Shown here in pieces: positions 35,750 to 36,794 of a stretch of DNA of 36,794 bases (its first letter is position 1; every line of letters begins with the position of its first letter). A program made the translations under genes and the position numbers. The stretch covers positions 1-36,794 of the forward strand of contig LWCA01000247.1 in NCBI GenBank assembly GCA_001642005.1, written 5' to 3'. The notes beneath the pieces are model-generated. The model was given only the letters and a program-made list of their open reading frames with translations, made no database searches and was not told the origin of the DNA. This DNA is from Intoshia linei. Taxonomy: Eukaryota > Animalia > Orthonectida.

Positions 35750-36111
35750 CCATTTATTTGAAAAACTGAGACAATATAATTAACAAATCATAAATTGTGT
35801 GAATGTTTTTGACGGCGAATCGTTTATCATAAATTTCAATCTTAGACCTTTTTAACCCTTCTGTCAAGAACGCATTTTATCAATATTAATTTTTGGGGCT
35901 TCGAATATGTTAGTTTCTACTTTTGGTGGCATAATAATACTTTTTAATAAACTAGAAACCTAATGAAACGACGGATACTATAGCCCATGCCGAACTTACC
36001 GTATGGAAACCTTCTTCGGACGGACCTCGGCAAAATTTTTCAAAATTAAGCATTAAAAAATATTTTCCTGACTACCATCACTATTTTATGTATTGTCTAA
36101 TATATTAACAA

Positions 36112-36170
36112 GACTGCTCTCGGCAGAGCTATATGCTGTTTGTACGAAGTACATAACAGTAAAGCCAATA
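36112..36170 (+). mobile_element. Helitron 3' hairpin fragment
   Basis: CTGTTTGTACGAAGTACATAACAG (36136-36159) preceded by GGCAGAGCTA, the reverse complement of 5017-5056. Terminal CTAG degraded. Confidence 0.6.
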
Positions 36171-36794
36171 CTTAATATATTTTCATTACCAGTAATTCAA
36201 AATTAATAAATAGGTTTCAGACTTGTAGTGATAGTACATAGAATTGCACTAGCCAATGAAAGGGTAAATTTAAAATGTCAAGTCAAAAGTACTAGAGAGG
36301 TTTCTATCAGCTTTGACACTAAACATCGTTTGTGAAATTTTTTTAGGGGTCTAATTTTCGCTTTTGGGTGGTTCGAATTAGTAGAGTCTAAGTCTTTATT
36401 AACGGAATTCAAAATTCCACAGTATTTAACACCCTAGTAACGTAATTTTATTTTTTTCAATATTAAACCATTAAATGGTCATATTTCTTGTTATTATGAG
36501 ATTTTGAATAATACATGACCAAGTAATATCGACCAAACTTTATCAACGGGTCCACATCAGTTTTTTGGAGTTCATGAAAAATTTTATTAATTTTAAATTA
36601 TTTAGATATAAAATAAAGTTAACAATGATATTTAGCAATGGTAGTAATTATTTCTAATTAACGCCATATAATTTAATATCTATTAAAATTTTGATAAAAA
36701 ATGTAATGGTCCATTTGTAACGCCCAAATGGTTAAATTCACAGATAAATAGATGTAGATGACAAAATAATATAATATATTGTCCAGAAATAGCT

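Noticed and set aside
1-36794. Prokaryotic-type novel system (operon, defence island, CRISPR) or RNA genes
   Set aside because: The window is explained by two spliced animal genes plus transposon debris. I could not recognise any tRNA, rRNA or snRNA by eye; an Infernal/tRNAscan run would be needed to exclude them.

Overview
This is very AT-rich animal genomic DNA, not a prokaryotic locus. The ORF track is misleading because both host genes are spliced. By hand I assembled two plus-strand genes with in-phase GT-AG junctions. (1) The 3' 12 coding exons (TM3 to stop, 1905-10856) of an SLC6 monoamine transporter of the octopamine-transporter / vertebrate NET-DAT clade; its 5' exons lie upstream of the window. 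(2) A ~32-exon, ~1,680-aa DCDC1-like doublecortin/ricin-B multidomain gene (14843-35749). Introns are either tiny (35-55 nt) or swollen by transposons: hAT MITEs with 8-bp TSDs, a degenerate hATm-like transposase, non-autonomous Helitrons, a pogo/Tigger remnant and MITEs, a Kolobok-like foldback, a CR1/L2 LINE tail, a Gag-like ORF, a DD35E IS630-Tc1-mariner transposase and a DD37E (TRT-like) transposase pseudogene. I see no clear new multi-gene system. The best leads are two host-style GT-AG introns inside the DD37E transposase, loss of the near-invariant TM10 glutamate in the transporter, and a large insert within a DCX repeat of the DCDC1-like protein. Family assignments rest on remembered motifs, not database searches.
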